Shown here: piece after piece, positions 36,217 to 48,559 of the stretch
Layout: each line of letters begins with the position of its first letter
Position numbering within the stretch: position 1 is the first letter of the stretch
Origin: Podarcis tiliguerta
Lineage: Eukaryota
Length of the DNA stretch: 64,000 nt
Assembly (NCBI GenBank): GCA_965153285.1
Contig: OZ229111.1
Direction: 5' to 3' (one strand)
Translations under genes and position numbers: made by a program
The notes under the pieces: model-generated
Database searches by the model: none
What the model was told of the DNA's origin: nothing
Seen by the model: the letters and a program-made list of their open reading frames with translations, nothing else

Positions 36217-36345
36217 GGGGAGGGCTATTGCCTTCATTCCCTGCTTGTGGATTTTCCTAGAGGCATCTGGCTGATCACTGTGGGAAACAGCATACTGGCC
36301 TAGATGATCCACTGATCTAATGCAGCAGCCTATTCTTTAAGTTAT
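36217..36345 (+). mobile_element. CR1 LINE 3' tail (degenerate)
   Basis: ctgcttgtggattttcctagaggcatctggctgatcactgtgggaaacagcatactggcctagatgatccactgatctaatgcagcagcctattctt is collinear with the tail at ~8450-8573. Confidence 0.7.
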
Positions 36346-37839
36346 TGAGGTTCCTTCTTAACCCGAAAGGGTTATATCCTGTGCTCAAGGCTGACACAAG
36401 GCAACTGTTTTTCTTTTATTGTGTGGAAGTTTGGCTCAGTAAGCCAGGTATGTGTAGCTATTTATCATGTGGATACTGTTTTCTCTTTATCACTATAAAT
36501 TGGGTTTCTTTGTTGTTGTTTTTTGGATAGCTGGTTGTACAGTGTAGAAATGAGAACAAAACCATTCATATCTATATCGACATAAGCTAGGATTGGAATG
36601 CACATTTACTGTTGGCATGTCTGACTATGCAAGCACCTCTGCTTGAACTCATGTAAGGCCCAGCAGTCTCAGTGGTGCTCACATTCATTCATCCAGCCCA
36701 CCTCTCCTGCTATCAACTCCCCTCCCACAAGGAGACTGGAGGAAGGGGCATCAGGAAGAGAGAGGATGACATTGTACATTTGAAACAAGATTGCAGAAAT
36801 TGAAGGATTTCAGAGCCTTTGACTTAAATGATTGGACTGCACAATACATTGTCAGGGAAAGCAAAATGCTTCTTATCAAGCTCTAAGAGAAACCTAAATG
36901 TTAGCTGATTTTAAAGGATCAATCTGTAAAGATCTGCCATACCAGAAAAAGCTAAAGAAAATTCCTCAAGCCCCAACAAAGGCAAAGTTTTATGATATTT
37001 GGCACAGCTGTAAGATATACACTATTATCATTTTTTAAAAAAAAACCCAACAACATTGAGTTAACAAACTGATTTATAAATGCTTTCAAATTGCTATTTG
37101 AAATATAACATTTTTCATTAACCATACCAAGCCTCTCAATATTAATGGTATGCTCAATAAAAATAGTAGGCCATTTGTGTTAATTACAAATTAGAATAAG
37201 GATGTGATTTTAAAAATAAATCACCATCGTATTCATTAAAATTATTTTTCCAAGAATAATAAAATGTTCCTCAGTAATAATGAGCACAAAGGGTCAAATT
37301 ACAAAAGAAAGATATTACAAATTCTGACTGCACTTTCCTACTTTTTTGGTAAAATGGGGGGGGGGGGACCGCAGATAACCTCTGAATTCAGACCAATTCA
37401 AGTTCTCTGTTGAACTATTTTGCAATCCACACAAGTTTTATTACCATGTAGTCTTGGAAGAATATCATATCTTGTTGGGCACAGAGTTCTGCAGGTTTCA
37501 CCACCCACCAAGATATGTTTTAGCTGCAATGTGTAAATACAATGTGCAATCTATGCTGTAATGCTCTAAGTGTGATGTCTCCATTCCTTGAGCCCTACTT
37601 AGGAGGAGGAATCTAAAACAAACATGTACTCTGGAAGCAGCCTCCTGATGCTTCAGGAAGAGTTGGGGTAGTAGGCCCAGTATAAAGCTGTTGAGTTTGT
37701 GTATAGCAGTTGCTCATCCAACACTTCATGTTCCACTCTGTAGTTGTACAGCTTCCCTGCTAATTTAGAAATCTTGTTCCCTGACCTGCTTACTAGACAG
37801 CTTCCCAATTTCACTGGTAAGATTAGTACCTAGTCTATA

Positions 37840-38069
37840 CAGTGGTACCTCGGGTTACGAACACTTCAGGTTACAAACACTTTGGGTTATAGACTCTGCT
37901 AACCCGAAAGTAGAACCTCGGGTTAAAAACTTTGCCCAGGATGAGAACAGAAATTGCGCAGGAGCAGCAGGAGGCCCCATTAGCTAAAATGGTATCTCTG
38001 GTTAAGAACAGTTTCAGGTTAAGAACAGACCTCTGGAACGAATTAAGTTCTTAACCCGAGGTACCACTG
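37840..38069. mobile_element. Tc1/mariner-superfamily MITE, 230 bp (opposite orientation to 18181 and 30591)
   Basis: TA TSD at 37838-37839 and 38070-38071. TIRs cagtggtacctcgggtta / taacccgaggtaccactg. Confidence 0.95.
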
Positions 38070-39032
38070 TATAGTGGTGGTGATGAAAACTGGGCAGTAG
38101 ACAAGAGCAGTTCTTGAACAGCTGTTTTTAAAGTGGATAGTACTGGCCTAGGTGGAACCATGGTGCAATTTATTGTAATGTAAATTCATAGGGTAGAAAC
38201 TATAAGAAACAACAACAAAAATAGTTAGCTAACATGGTGATTGGGGTGGGTGGGAGTTGTCCAAGTTCCTGAATCTGAAAAAAGTTCTCAAAGATTTGCT
38301 GGTGTCACCAACAAAAGTATTCAGCTTAAATAAGCTAAATACCCTATCATATGTAATGCAAATTATTATTTGCAATGTGCAGCAAAACCACTATTGCTTC
38401 TTAATAATGGTCTTTGTCTCTGCTTTGTTCACCAAAATGAATTATTTTTAGAGTCATCTCTGAATTTTCATTATTTGAAGATAGTTCAGTAATCCACATT
38501 AGAAAATAAAAGAAAGATTTCATTATATTTATAAAATATTACAGAAGCACACTTTTCTGAATCAATAGGTGCAGTCAGGATAAAGGTATCCTGAATAAGA
38601 TCACGGGAAGGAGATGCCAACTGATTATAAAACATGTGCAATAACACCCCTTACTTATATTAGAAGAAGGGTTGACGCCAACCTTGTGCGGTAGGAGAGC
38701 AGAAAATATGCCAATATATTTCACACCTCACAACCAATGCTCCCCCTTAGGTTTCAGATGGGTAGACGAGTCTAAAAATCCTGGGACACAAATTTTCATG
38801 GCCTTCTAGCGACTATGGTAGCTCATTTACCGAAGTTACGTATTTAGCGTTAACTCTGAAAATGTATACTCCTAGGCGGCTTAGTTTGGTCAGAATCGGA
38901 TATACAGAATCAAGTACATTGAGAAGAACTCTGGAGTTTTTCACCAAATCAGCTGAGCTCAGTCACACCCCTGAAATCACCAAAGCGGGTGTTTGAAGCT
39001 GAGCTGGGTGACCTTTTCTGACAAAGGCTTTA

Positions 39033-39265
39033 CAGTGGTTCTTCGGTTTACGAACAGCCCTGTTAACGAACTAGTTTATGAACTCCGCAAAACCGGAAGT
39101 AGTGTTCCGGTTGCGAAGTTTACTTCGGTCTATGAACAGAAGCTGAATTGTGGAAGGCCAGCGGTGGGAGGCCTCATTAGGGAAAGTGCACCTCGGTTTA
39201 AGAACGGATTTGGTTTAAGAACAGACTTCAGGAACGGATTAAGTTCGTAAACCAAGTTACCACTG
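39033..39265. mobile_element. Tc1/mariner-superfamily MITE, 233 bp, related subfamily
   Basis: TA TSD at 39031-39032 and 39266-39267. TIRs cagtggttcttcggtttacgaac / gttcgtaaaccaagttaccactg. Right half resembles 37840, left half differs. Confidence 0.9.
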
Positions 39266-40503
39266 TACATAGGTCGCTTGTTCACTTGCTTGCATCTATA
39301 TAAACATGCAGCATGTCAGTCAGGAAAGCCAGCAATTTTTCTACAGCTTGCATTGATTCTCAGCTGGGAAAGGATTCAGGAGCTACTTTGGCATGGCATA
39401 TGGTCCCATATTTCCTGTTCCAAATCTCGGGCACACTCAAATCATGCTGCCCCATCCCCACCTCTCACCCACCCAGGCTGCCATGGCCCACAAGCGTGCC
39501 CAGTCTTCATCAGCATGCCACTGCCAGGCTGCCTTGGCTCACCACAAAACAAGCAATTAACATTTCTTCACAAAACAAGCAATTACTCTGTGTAATTCAT
39601 TACTACAAGATGTGGGATGGTAAACAGTATTTTCAGAGATAATTTCTTCCTTCTCTTTCCTGTGTGCTGAAGGGCCCCTCTTGAATGTCCTGAAGGACTA
39701 TCCGGCTGGTCACAACTAGAGTCAGAATACTTGGCAAAATGGCCCTTTGTTTTAATACAAAAGGTAGATCTTATTTCTTTATGTGAATCAAGTTATGGGA
39801 TAAACCACCAGATATTGATAGCAGAATGAAGACAAGTTTTTCCTTAGCACAATATAAACAAATGTTAAATTTTCCTTTGACTGCTATCTTAAAAGTAATT
39901 GGCTAGCCTTAATAATAAATAGGTGTTTTGTTTCTTTTACAGACTCCCAGGCATAACCTGCTTCCATGATCCTACAATTAACTGAAAAACCAACATCAAA
40001 CCAGATCTTTTTCCTGCTCTCATCAAGCATACGACCAGTTATAAGTGCTTTGCTTGATGGAAAGCAATGAGGACAGATCATTATTTAAATGCAGGTTACT
40101 TAACCAGCTTGCTATTTCTTTCCCTCTCTCCATACTTGAGTGAGCTTGGCGATTGTACTGTAGCTTTATCTCTCACTAAACCTATCAAACTGACGGTTGC
40201 TCTAATTTAACTCCATTACTCCTCTGTCTTAACAACAAGAAGAGAATCATTTCCTGAAGTAAAAAGAGACTCTTGTTCTCCTTCTTTGAGGTTTATTTCA
40301 AACAATTTTCTTTATTTTTAATGAGAATGATCCATATGTTTGCTGTTGCAAATTGTGTTCAGTTAATGGGAAGATTTCAAACACTGCAAGGGGGAAAAAG
40401 TTACTCCCCACTGCAATCCCTACTGTGCTTTGTGTCATTTTGAATAGCTGCTGTAATGCTAGATTCAATGCCACATATATCAGCACGTTTTATTTCTGAA
40501 TAG

Positions 40504-40505
<2 letters not shown>

Positions 40506-40534
<29 letters not shown>
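40506..40534. repeat. (AC)n microsatellite
   Basis: About 14 AC units seen directly. Confidence 0.97.
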
Positions 40535-42060
40535 GCCATTAATACATCTATCTACGTAGTCAACTGGGCTACCTTGTTTCTCTCCCCACCCCCCTTTCCC
40601 ACATCCTCCTCTACATCAACTTGTGGGCTCCAAGGGCTTGGTATTTCCCCCCTTTCCATGTTTTGATCAGGTATCCAACAGTGAAGCATTGTACATTAAC
40701 TGATAAATGGGAGCTGCTGCTGATTCACTTTTAGGCAACAATTATAGGACTTTTCAATTCTGTTGTTGCTGTTCCCCATTAAGTCAAGCCCCGGTTATTA
40801 ACTGGAAGAAAATGTAATTACTATTCACATTTCTGGTAGCAAATGAATACACATTTTTAAGATGCAAAATGATGAAAGGTTTAATCCTAATTGACAATGT
40901 ACGTTTAATTAAAAAAAACCTCAGGAAAATACTAATAGCATGGTTGCATAAAAACAAAGACATGAAAGCTTAGGTGTATTCAAATATACACTCTGAACAC
41001 TGCTAGTGGGACAAATAACAGTAAAAGCTATTTATGGATAATACACCATAATACACTAGCTTTGTAGCACAGCATTGGAAATGGTTATGGAAGACCTGAA
41101 ATTGCCATGTGTGATCCTTAATTGCAACACTATTTACACTGGAATAAATTGATCATGTTAAAAAAGCCAAGATGTCTGCTTTTTGTGTCTTTTGCTTTGG
41201 GTTTGTGCCTTCACTTAAATAAAGCACTGTAGAGTTTATGAAGATTGCACAAAATATTTTTTTCACAAAAATGTGGAAGGCAAAACTCGAAGCAGTAGCG
41301 TCCATGTATGACTCACTATAGGGAGTAGCAGTTCTCTGGTATTCTGCCTGCCTCACTTTTAATATGAAATCCTATTGCAATAAACTCTACAGGCCAATGG
41401 TACTTATTTGTTTCAATTTTGCTGCAAATAAATTCCATTGGGTGCCCTTTTGTATTATTTGGAAAGGCAGGCAAACGTTTCCTATTACATTTTTCATAAT
41501 ATGCATTGTTTTGTTTCTAAGCAAAACTATCACCTGTAAAGTAACAAGTTAAAACAAAAATGTTTCTCTTCCTTTATTTAAAGTTCATTTTACAACTCTT
41601 GTTCCTCAAACTCATTAATTAAACAGACCAAGGTTTATTTTTATGGCTTTCTCCCAAGGGGATAGGTCCTAAATGCAGCTGCACCTGCTATTCCTGTCAA
41701 AGAGTCCTATGGGGTCAATCTGTGTACTGTATTTTGTACACAGGACAAAATAGATTATTCTGAGCATCCATATTTTCCATGGATATATCTCCTAGAGTTC
41801 AAATGACAAAGAAAGAAATACAAACTAATGGAGGCATTACACTATTTTTATTGTGAGAAATTCAAGTGGGAAATTTAAGCACCCTTTTACATCAAAACCA
41901 TATTTTTCATTCAAAGCAGACTACTTACTGATCTATTTTAAATAATGTAGTGGGGCATGTGACTTATATTATGAAATGAGATACAGTTTACGTGATGGGA
42001 TTAAAAGCACCCTCACAAAGCACACGTTTAGGCTACTGAAGCATCTCAAGACTGGATGGG

Positions 42061-42070
42061 TCTATCTATC

Positions 42071-42113
<43 letters not shown>

Positions 42114-42153
42114 ATCTATCATCTATCTATCTATCTATCTCTATCATCTATCT
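42061..42153. repeat. (TCTA)n / GATA-type tetranucleotide microsatellite
   Basis: tctatctatcatctatctatctatct... with occasional TCA interruptions. Confidence 0.97.
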
Positions 42154-45100
42154 TAAGGCAAGCGTTTCCCTGTCCAGTCTGGTAAGTAGTTTTGTTTGGA
42201 ATAACAGTCTTTTGCTAAATACAACGGCAGAAAATAGGGTCTGTGGAGATTAATGAAAAATAATTGTCTGATTGTCTTCAAATAGATGTAGATTGGATGA
42301 TCTATAGCCAATAAAGCTAAACACCAGCCAATATAAGCCAGATACTTTTCGGTCCAAGCAGTTTTTCCTGGCTGTCCCAAATCTGAGATAGGATGGAGAC
42401 GTATTAGCTGAACTCAGTTGTACACAGATGGCTGGCAGTTATTACAACAACACCTTTTGCAGCTGCTGAGATCATGGGAATTGCTGTTGACCACTTCTGG
42501 CTGTATCTGTATAAAGCTCAGTTCACACAGACCTGCCATTTAAAGAGCTCTCTTGACAAATCCCTGAACTGCTTTTTTGAACTTAACATTTACTGATTCA
42601 AGTCACCATGGTTTAATTCAATCCACCTCACTTGAAAAGATTTAGAAGCAAAGATACCAACCGTCCACAAGGGGAGAACTGCGGGACTAGGTTTAGAATT
42701 GAAATATAACATTTGTCATTGTTCTATGGAAACCTTTGACCATCTTAAGGTAGACATATTTAGATCAGACCCAAGCTCTTCAAGCTGCATAACCTCAACT
42801 CAGCCAGTAACACATGGGGGTATGTGAATCCCCCATCTGAATGAGTGTCAATCAAGACAGCAATTACTGGAAGACCACCACTAATTTAATCACTTAATGA
42901 TAACAAGCTCTGTTTCCAGTAGGGTAAACTGAAATACTGGGTCTTTCTAGAGTCAACATAAAGGATATTGCTTTTGTTTGGCTTTTTTTCTTTACAGAGA
43001 GTCAGGAAAAACATCAACTGAGAATAACAACAATGAAGCACTTCCACTTTAGATCACGTTTGTTTTGGAAAAAAGTCAAATTGTCAGTTTGGCAGATCCA
43101 TAACCAGGCTTGTCTCAAAGCTCTTCCTTTAAGAGATGGAATCACAATTTCTTGGGAACTCCAAGCAAATCATCTATCCCTGTCAGAAAGTCATCAGTGA
43201 ACAATAAAGGAAAGTGCCACCACATGTCATTAATGAAAATACTCTAGTCTTCCAGTCAACTTAAGACAAGAGAGTGGCAGAAAGAGCTAACAAGTATAAA
43301 GAAATAATCATGTGAAATTGGTAGTAAAGAAAACTGTTGACATTCTGACAACAAAATGGAGCAGAAAAACACCTAGAAAATCAAAATTTCAAATAAATAG
43401 ATGTCTTTCTAGCCATACTTTTAAGCCCTCTGAAGAACTGCAAAACATTTAAAGGCAATTTGTCTTTCATTTTGATTGTTAGAAATATTTACTGGAAATG
43501 CAGTAAAATTATATTTATCCTGGATGACATGAATTTATAGTGACAAGAGAACGTAGCATTTCTCTAAAGACAAATCTGTTATTTAGCTTAGAAAAACATT
43601 AGAGAAGCACAATAAGAGAAGTGAAGCAACTTTTGCTGATAAATGATGCCACCTTTGCATCCATAAACAACAGCAAGGCATAGGAATGTACTACCTGTGA
43701 AGTGAAAGAGAAAATTGAAGTGTGATTAGGCACTTTCTGTCATGATATCCATAAAAATGGGACTACAAGTTTTTAGCCAAAGTAATCTACAACCTTAGGG
43801 AAATGGCTACAACAGAAAACCCAGATTCATCTGATAAAAGTTCACTAAGGTCATATCCAATCAAATCCTTAAAGAATAGCATCCTGTAATTCAGTTAAAA
43901 CTCTCTCACAATCAAGAATATGTGGAGGTCTAAAAATATGGCACATAGTTTTAAAGAATTATGAATATTAATGACAGGGGGTAAAATTGTCAAATGAGAT
44001 TAGCACAGGAATCTTCAAAGTTTTGTGCCTGCAGCACAAATTGTGTGGATTAGGCTCTAAATTATGCAGATGGCTATATTAGCAATGGAACTTCCAGGTC
44101 AGAATTCACTTACATTGAGGTTGTTCCATCGCTACAACTACTGTAACAGCCTGCCTCATATATTACTGCATTTTGAAACCTATCACCCTGGTGTAGTGAG
44201 AATGAACAAAAACAGTTTTCTTCTCACAAAACACTGTTAAAGCTGAGTGCACATTCAGCATGTGGAATGTGTACAGCCCAAGCACATGATAGTCTCAAAT
44301 ATTTCGCCTACACTGAGAAAACCACCATGTTTCTGTTGCATTTATGGCCACCCAGGGCGGCATACAGCATATCTAAAAACATAAAACATCAAGCGTTAAA
44401 ATTAACTAACAAACATGTTTCTAGTGGCTTGAAAGATGGCTTCCAATAACAGATTCTCCCTTGTCCCCTTCACCACCTAAAGCTAATCACCGTGTGGTAC
44501 ATGGGCACCTCCGTGCTAATGCTCTAAATTCCTGGTGGCTGCTTATCCTTGTGTTGGGATGCTCCACCCTATGTTAGGAAAGTAAGAAAGGTTCCCACTC
44601 CCACCTTTGCTGCTGAAAGTCAAAATACTGTTTCACAGGAAATCAAATTGACTGTTCCAACAAATTGAATGAATTAATTTATAGGTCAATGGATCCCTTT
44701 TATTAAATACAACAGATTTAAAATACAACTACAAGAAGAGTTAGCATGTCATTTCAAATAAACAAAATATACAACTGGGGTTAATCAGGATGTTTACAAA
44801 AGTCTTATTTTGGAATAACACAGTAAATGCAACCCCACCCACTGGGGTTAGCCATCTTTATAATACAAAATATAGAGGCGCAATTAAGATGCTTTCAATT
44901 TTTGATCAAAAAGGTCTGAAATATTTCTGTGCACCAGCAGCATGATCCACACACTTTAATGAGGAGCTAATGTTTAGCTGAAATGGTAATATATACAGCT
45001 TCTGTGACTTAAAATACTAAGTTCTACAAGTTTGATTTCAAAGAAGTCTCCAACTGTCAAGTATTGACGTCAAGAATAAGTTAAAGCATAACTCATAGGT

Positions 45101-45377
45101 TTTCTCCTTTCTTTTAAAGAGATATCTTTATTATTATTTCTAGCTTCATATATTATCTAGCAAAATAGAAGATCGATGACTATCCAAACACACTCCCATT
45201 CCATTGTGAAGGTGACAACCTGCTCTGAAGACATTCTAAGGCTCATTCCAAAATTACTGTGTATATAAGGACTGCAGAAGCATGAATTCCTCCGAGTGTT
45301 TTACATATATTTATTTAGTGAGAAATGGAAGTGATTCATGATTCTACTATCCTTGCATATAATGTAACATCTGAATA

Positions 45378-45600
45378 TAGCTTAGCGGACATGAGTGTTA
45401 AATGTCTGGTTCAAACTTCAGCTCAGCTATAAATTCACGAAATTGCTTTAGACAAGCTTCCATTGAATAATACCAGCAGCCCCTATTTCCTAAATCTCCA
45501 ATAGAGGGATAATAATACTGATATACCAAACAGGTCTATTGTAAGAATTACTGAGATATAAAGTACTTTGAAACTTGAAATGATCCTACTGTGAATAAGA
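45378..45600 (+). mobile_element. MIR/CORE-SINE-like remnant
   Basis: Box B-like ggttcaaac near 45408. CORE-like segment aatagagggataataatactgatataccaaacaggtctattgtaagaattactgagatataaagtactttgaa (compare MIR ggggataataata..acctacctcacagggttgttgtgaggattaaatgaga). Confidence 0.6.
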
Positions 45601-46661
45601 GCCAGCTTTGAAAGTCCCGCCAATTGGACACTGCTGGGAAGGTTTAATTCTTCATCCAGATTGCTATCTGGAAAGAGGGTGAAACTGCAGACGTAGGGGC
45701 AGTTTCCACAACGTATTAGTCATATGTGAGCCTCTGGGAATGTCATCACTGTGGCAGCTCAAAAAGGGGCCATACATACATATTTGCACACACAAACTTA
45801 TCATGTGGACCCCCAGAATCTATCCAAAATAGCATAAATTATATTAAATTATAACTAGTAAGAGTTGGTGCGAGCATGTAACATCTATACATTATTTTAG
45901 GGGCGTACACAGAAACCTTCTGAATATATTCCACAAACTTATTTCCTGCTATCTTCCATATGGCTATTGCAATGACTAAATAAACTCACACTTCCATTTG
46001 ATAGGTTCCTTTGGCAACCATTAACAGCACTTTAGTTTTCTTTCTTTCCGTTTTATAAATGATCATGTTTGAGCTGGTCATATAGGTTCCATCTGTGGCC
46101 ATTCCAACTGATTTCTTCTGAGAGAAATGTGACATAGCAGATATAGCGAGGCCCCCTGAATTGCTAAGAGAACTGTTATTTGCCTATTCCCTCACAAAGC
46201 CATCTTCTGTATCTCCCATTGCAACTGGTCATCATGTAACCTTTTTGCTTTTCTATCATTTCTTTTTTTATTGTAAACTATCAGAAAGGTGACATTAAAT
46301 TTACCAAATAACCCATATTTCTAAATGATTTATTATAAAAGAGTATAATGACTTTTGGCTAATGCAAAGGAATGGGATATAGACACTTAGGATTATTTCT
46401 CTTCTTCTTCTTCAAACAGCTGACACCACTATCTGATTAAAAATGGGGATAAATATGGATTGGGGGAAGCTTTGAAACATTTGCAAAAGACTGAACAGAC
46501 AAATCTAAAAAAGTACTGATGAGTGCTTTTATATTTCAATACTGTCATATGGAGTGAATTCCTTAGTTGCTTAATAAAGGTGTATCTGCATGTACAATTT
46601 ATGCTTTGTAAATCATTAAAGCTTGTTCATTACTGAATAAGGACTAGTGTGGTCCCTGAAA

Positions 46662-46863
46662 CATAAGGGATACCGGCAGAGGCGCCAAGGTGCCCCCAAG
46701 ATTTCAGCGTCTGGAGGAGGCTGAGTGCTCCTCTGGAAGAGCCGGCTACTGAAGTTGAACTGCACTCAGCTCTGCGCTCAGATTCCTCCACCCTGTAAAC
46801 AATGAGGGGGCCCTTCCCCCTTCCAACAAATATTGAGGGGGCTGAAGACACTTCACGCCTGGG
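46662..46863. mobile_element. possible GC-rich MITE abutting the L1 fragment
   Basis: GC-rich block whose right end (aaatattgagggggctgaag..cttcacgcctggg) resembles the 28171 element end. Left TIR and TSD are unclear. Confidence 0.4.
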
Positions 46864-46879
46864 TACTAAGGCTGGGTAG

Positions 46880-47885
46880 AAAACAGCAGCCAGGAGGCCA
46901 CTGACTAGCTTTGAGAAACTCCTCCTAACAACAGAGGGACACAGTAAAGGGGTGGTCTCTACAATATATAAAATACTACTCCAAGACACTACAGACCCCC
47001 TTATCACAATTAAAAACCAATGGGAGCAGGGCATAGGACATGAATTAAACCACACCCAATGGTCTAGACTATGGTCTAAACCACCATTCAAGTCCATCTC
47101 AGCCAAAAGACTAGAAGTCACCCTAAAACATATATAGAGATGGTACCTAACACCACAGATACTAGCACAGGAACTTCATCTAAATGCTGGAGAGGCTGCA
47201 CCACAATAGGCACATACCTCCACATGTGGTGGCAATATCTCAAAGTCCATTCCTTCTGCATATCAGTGCTGCAGAAAATTTCCAAAATAACAAAACAGAT
47301 AATAGAAGCAACTCCAGAACAAGGAATTCATAAGTCACTTACTCTTAGCAGCTAGAAATATAATAACTAGCCACTGGAAGGACCTATCACGAATGAACAT
47401 AGACCACCGGTACGAAAACAAATGGGAAGCCACCCTACTAGAAAAGTTAATCAACAAACTCAAAGTAGCATGGGGTCAAGCTACGGAGAATGCCTTCACC
47501 CCAATGTAGTCCCCTTTATTACATACTTAGCACAACAGGACAACGACCATGACCTATCCCCTCCAACAGCATAGAAATCAATATGGCTAAACTGACCCAA
47601 CAACTTAGCCCATCTCCCTCACACAGATAAGCCACACGGCTATCAACTAAACACAACCAACCAAGCTCAGGAATCCCTAACCTCTCTCAATATTGATAAA
47701 AATAAATAAATGCAGAAACAAAGGACCTACCCGTGTGATGCTATCACACCCCCCCCCCCATTAAGACTAGGCAATAGAATGAAAGAACATCCCCCACCTT
47801 CTCTTTCCCTCAATTGCAAAGTGTCTATGACAAAAATGTCTCTCACCAAACGTAAACGAACTGTGAAAAAGACTATAAATTAAAA
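46880..47885 (+). mobile_element. L1/Tx1-clade LINE 3' fragment (ORF2 C-terminus to ~47595 plus 3' UTR), pseudogenised
   Basis: Translates ...KGVVSTIYKILL...QWEQGIGHEL..QWSRLW...HI*RWYLTP then, after a frameshift, KCWRGCTTIGTYLHMWWQYLKVHSF, the CCHC-type C-terminal motif of vertebrate L1 ORF2. Then LLLAARNIITSHWK. A-rich sense strand, with stops and frameshifts. Confidence 0.88.
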
Positions 47886-48397
47886 ATGGAGACAATAGAT
47901 GTACCGTTCCCTGCTTAGCTGTTTGCTCTATAACACAACCTCCCAATTTAAAAAAGTGCTTTGCACAATTAAAGCAAAGACATTATTTAGAAGTGATAAA
48001 ATAAAAGGTTTCAGATTATTGCATATAAGTTAGCCTTTGATTAGTTTTCACTCCAGTTGTGTTATAATTGTTGTATTTTTAATTGGCTAATTAGGGTCCA
48101 TTGCACAGTGAATATTTGGATACCATTAAAAATAAATAATTCTCTTGTTTCCTAAAAAAAAAAATTGAATCAGATAGCTGAATATGGCCCATTCTTAAAT
48201 ATCAATATTTGACATTGCATATATTTAAATTAATTATAATTTCTGCCATTAAAGGCATGTTTACACAATGCATTATCCTAGGAAAGAAACACTTTAATTA
48301 ACTTAAATCATTGATTTGTTTACATGATGGAGCTAACTCCATCATATTCTGAAAATTAGGGGAAATGTCTCTGTATAATCAGAGCATGTGCTTCACT

Positions 48398-48522
48398 CAG
48401 GGCTTTTTTTCAGCCAGAACTCACCAGAACTCAGTTCCAGCACCTCTCAGATGGGTACCATTGCCATTATAAGAGAATAAGGGAGGTGTTCTGGAACCTC
48501 TTTTTCTAGAAAAATAGCACTG
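48398..48522. mobile_element. hAT-type MITE, 125 bp
   Basis: TIRs cagggctttttttc / gaaaaatagcactg. Perfect 8-bp TSD gcttcact at 48390-48397 and 48523-48530. Confidence 0.9.
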
Positions 48523-48559
48523 GCTTCACTTACGTTTCATTTCAGAATAAGTGACAATT

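Noticed and set aside
38766-38996. Asp-box-like SSDYGSSF motif suggesting a VPS10/BNR-domain exon
   Set aside because: Single short motif. The nearby strong acceptor (cccccttag, 38750) leads to stops in all three frames.
41976-42253. ORFs with YLSI repeats
   Set aside because: They are translations of the (TCTA)n microsatellite.
46630-47121. 163-aa minus-strand ORF
   Set aside because: It is antisense to the L1 ORF2 remnant and the adjacent GC-rich repeat.
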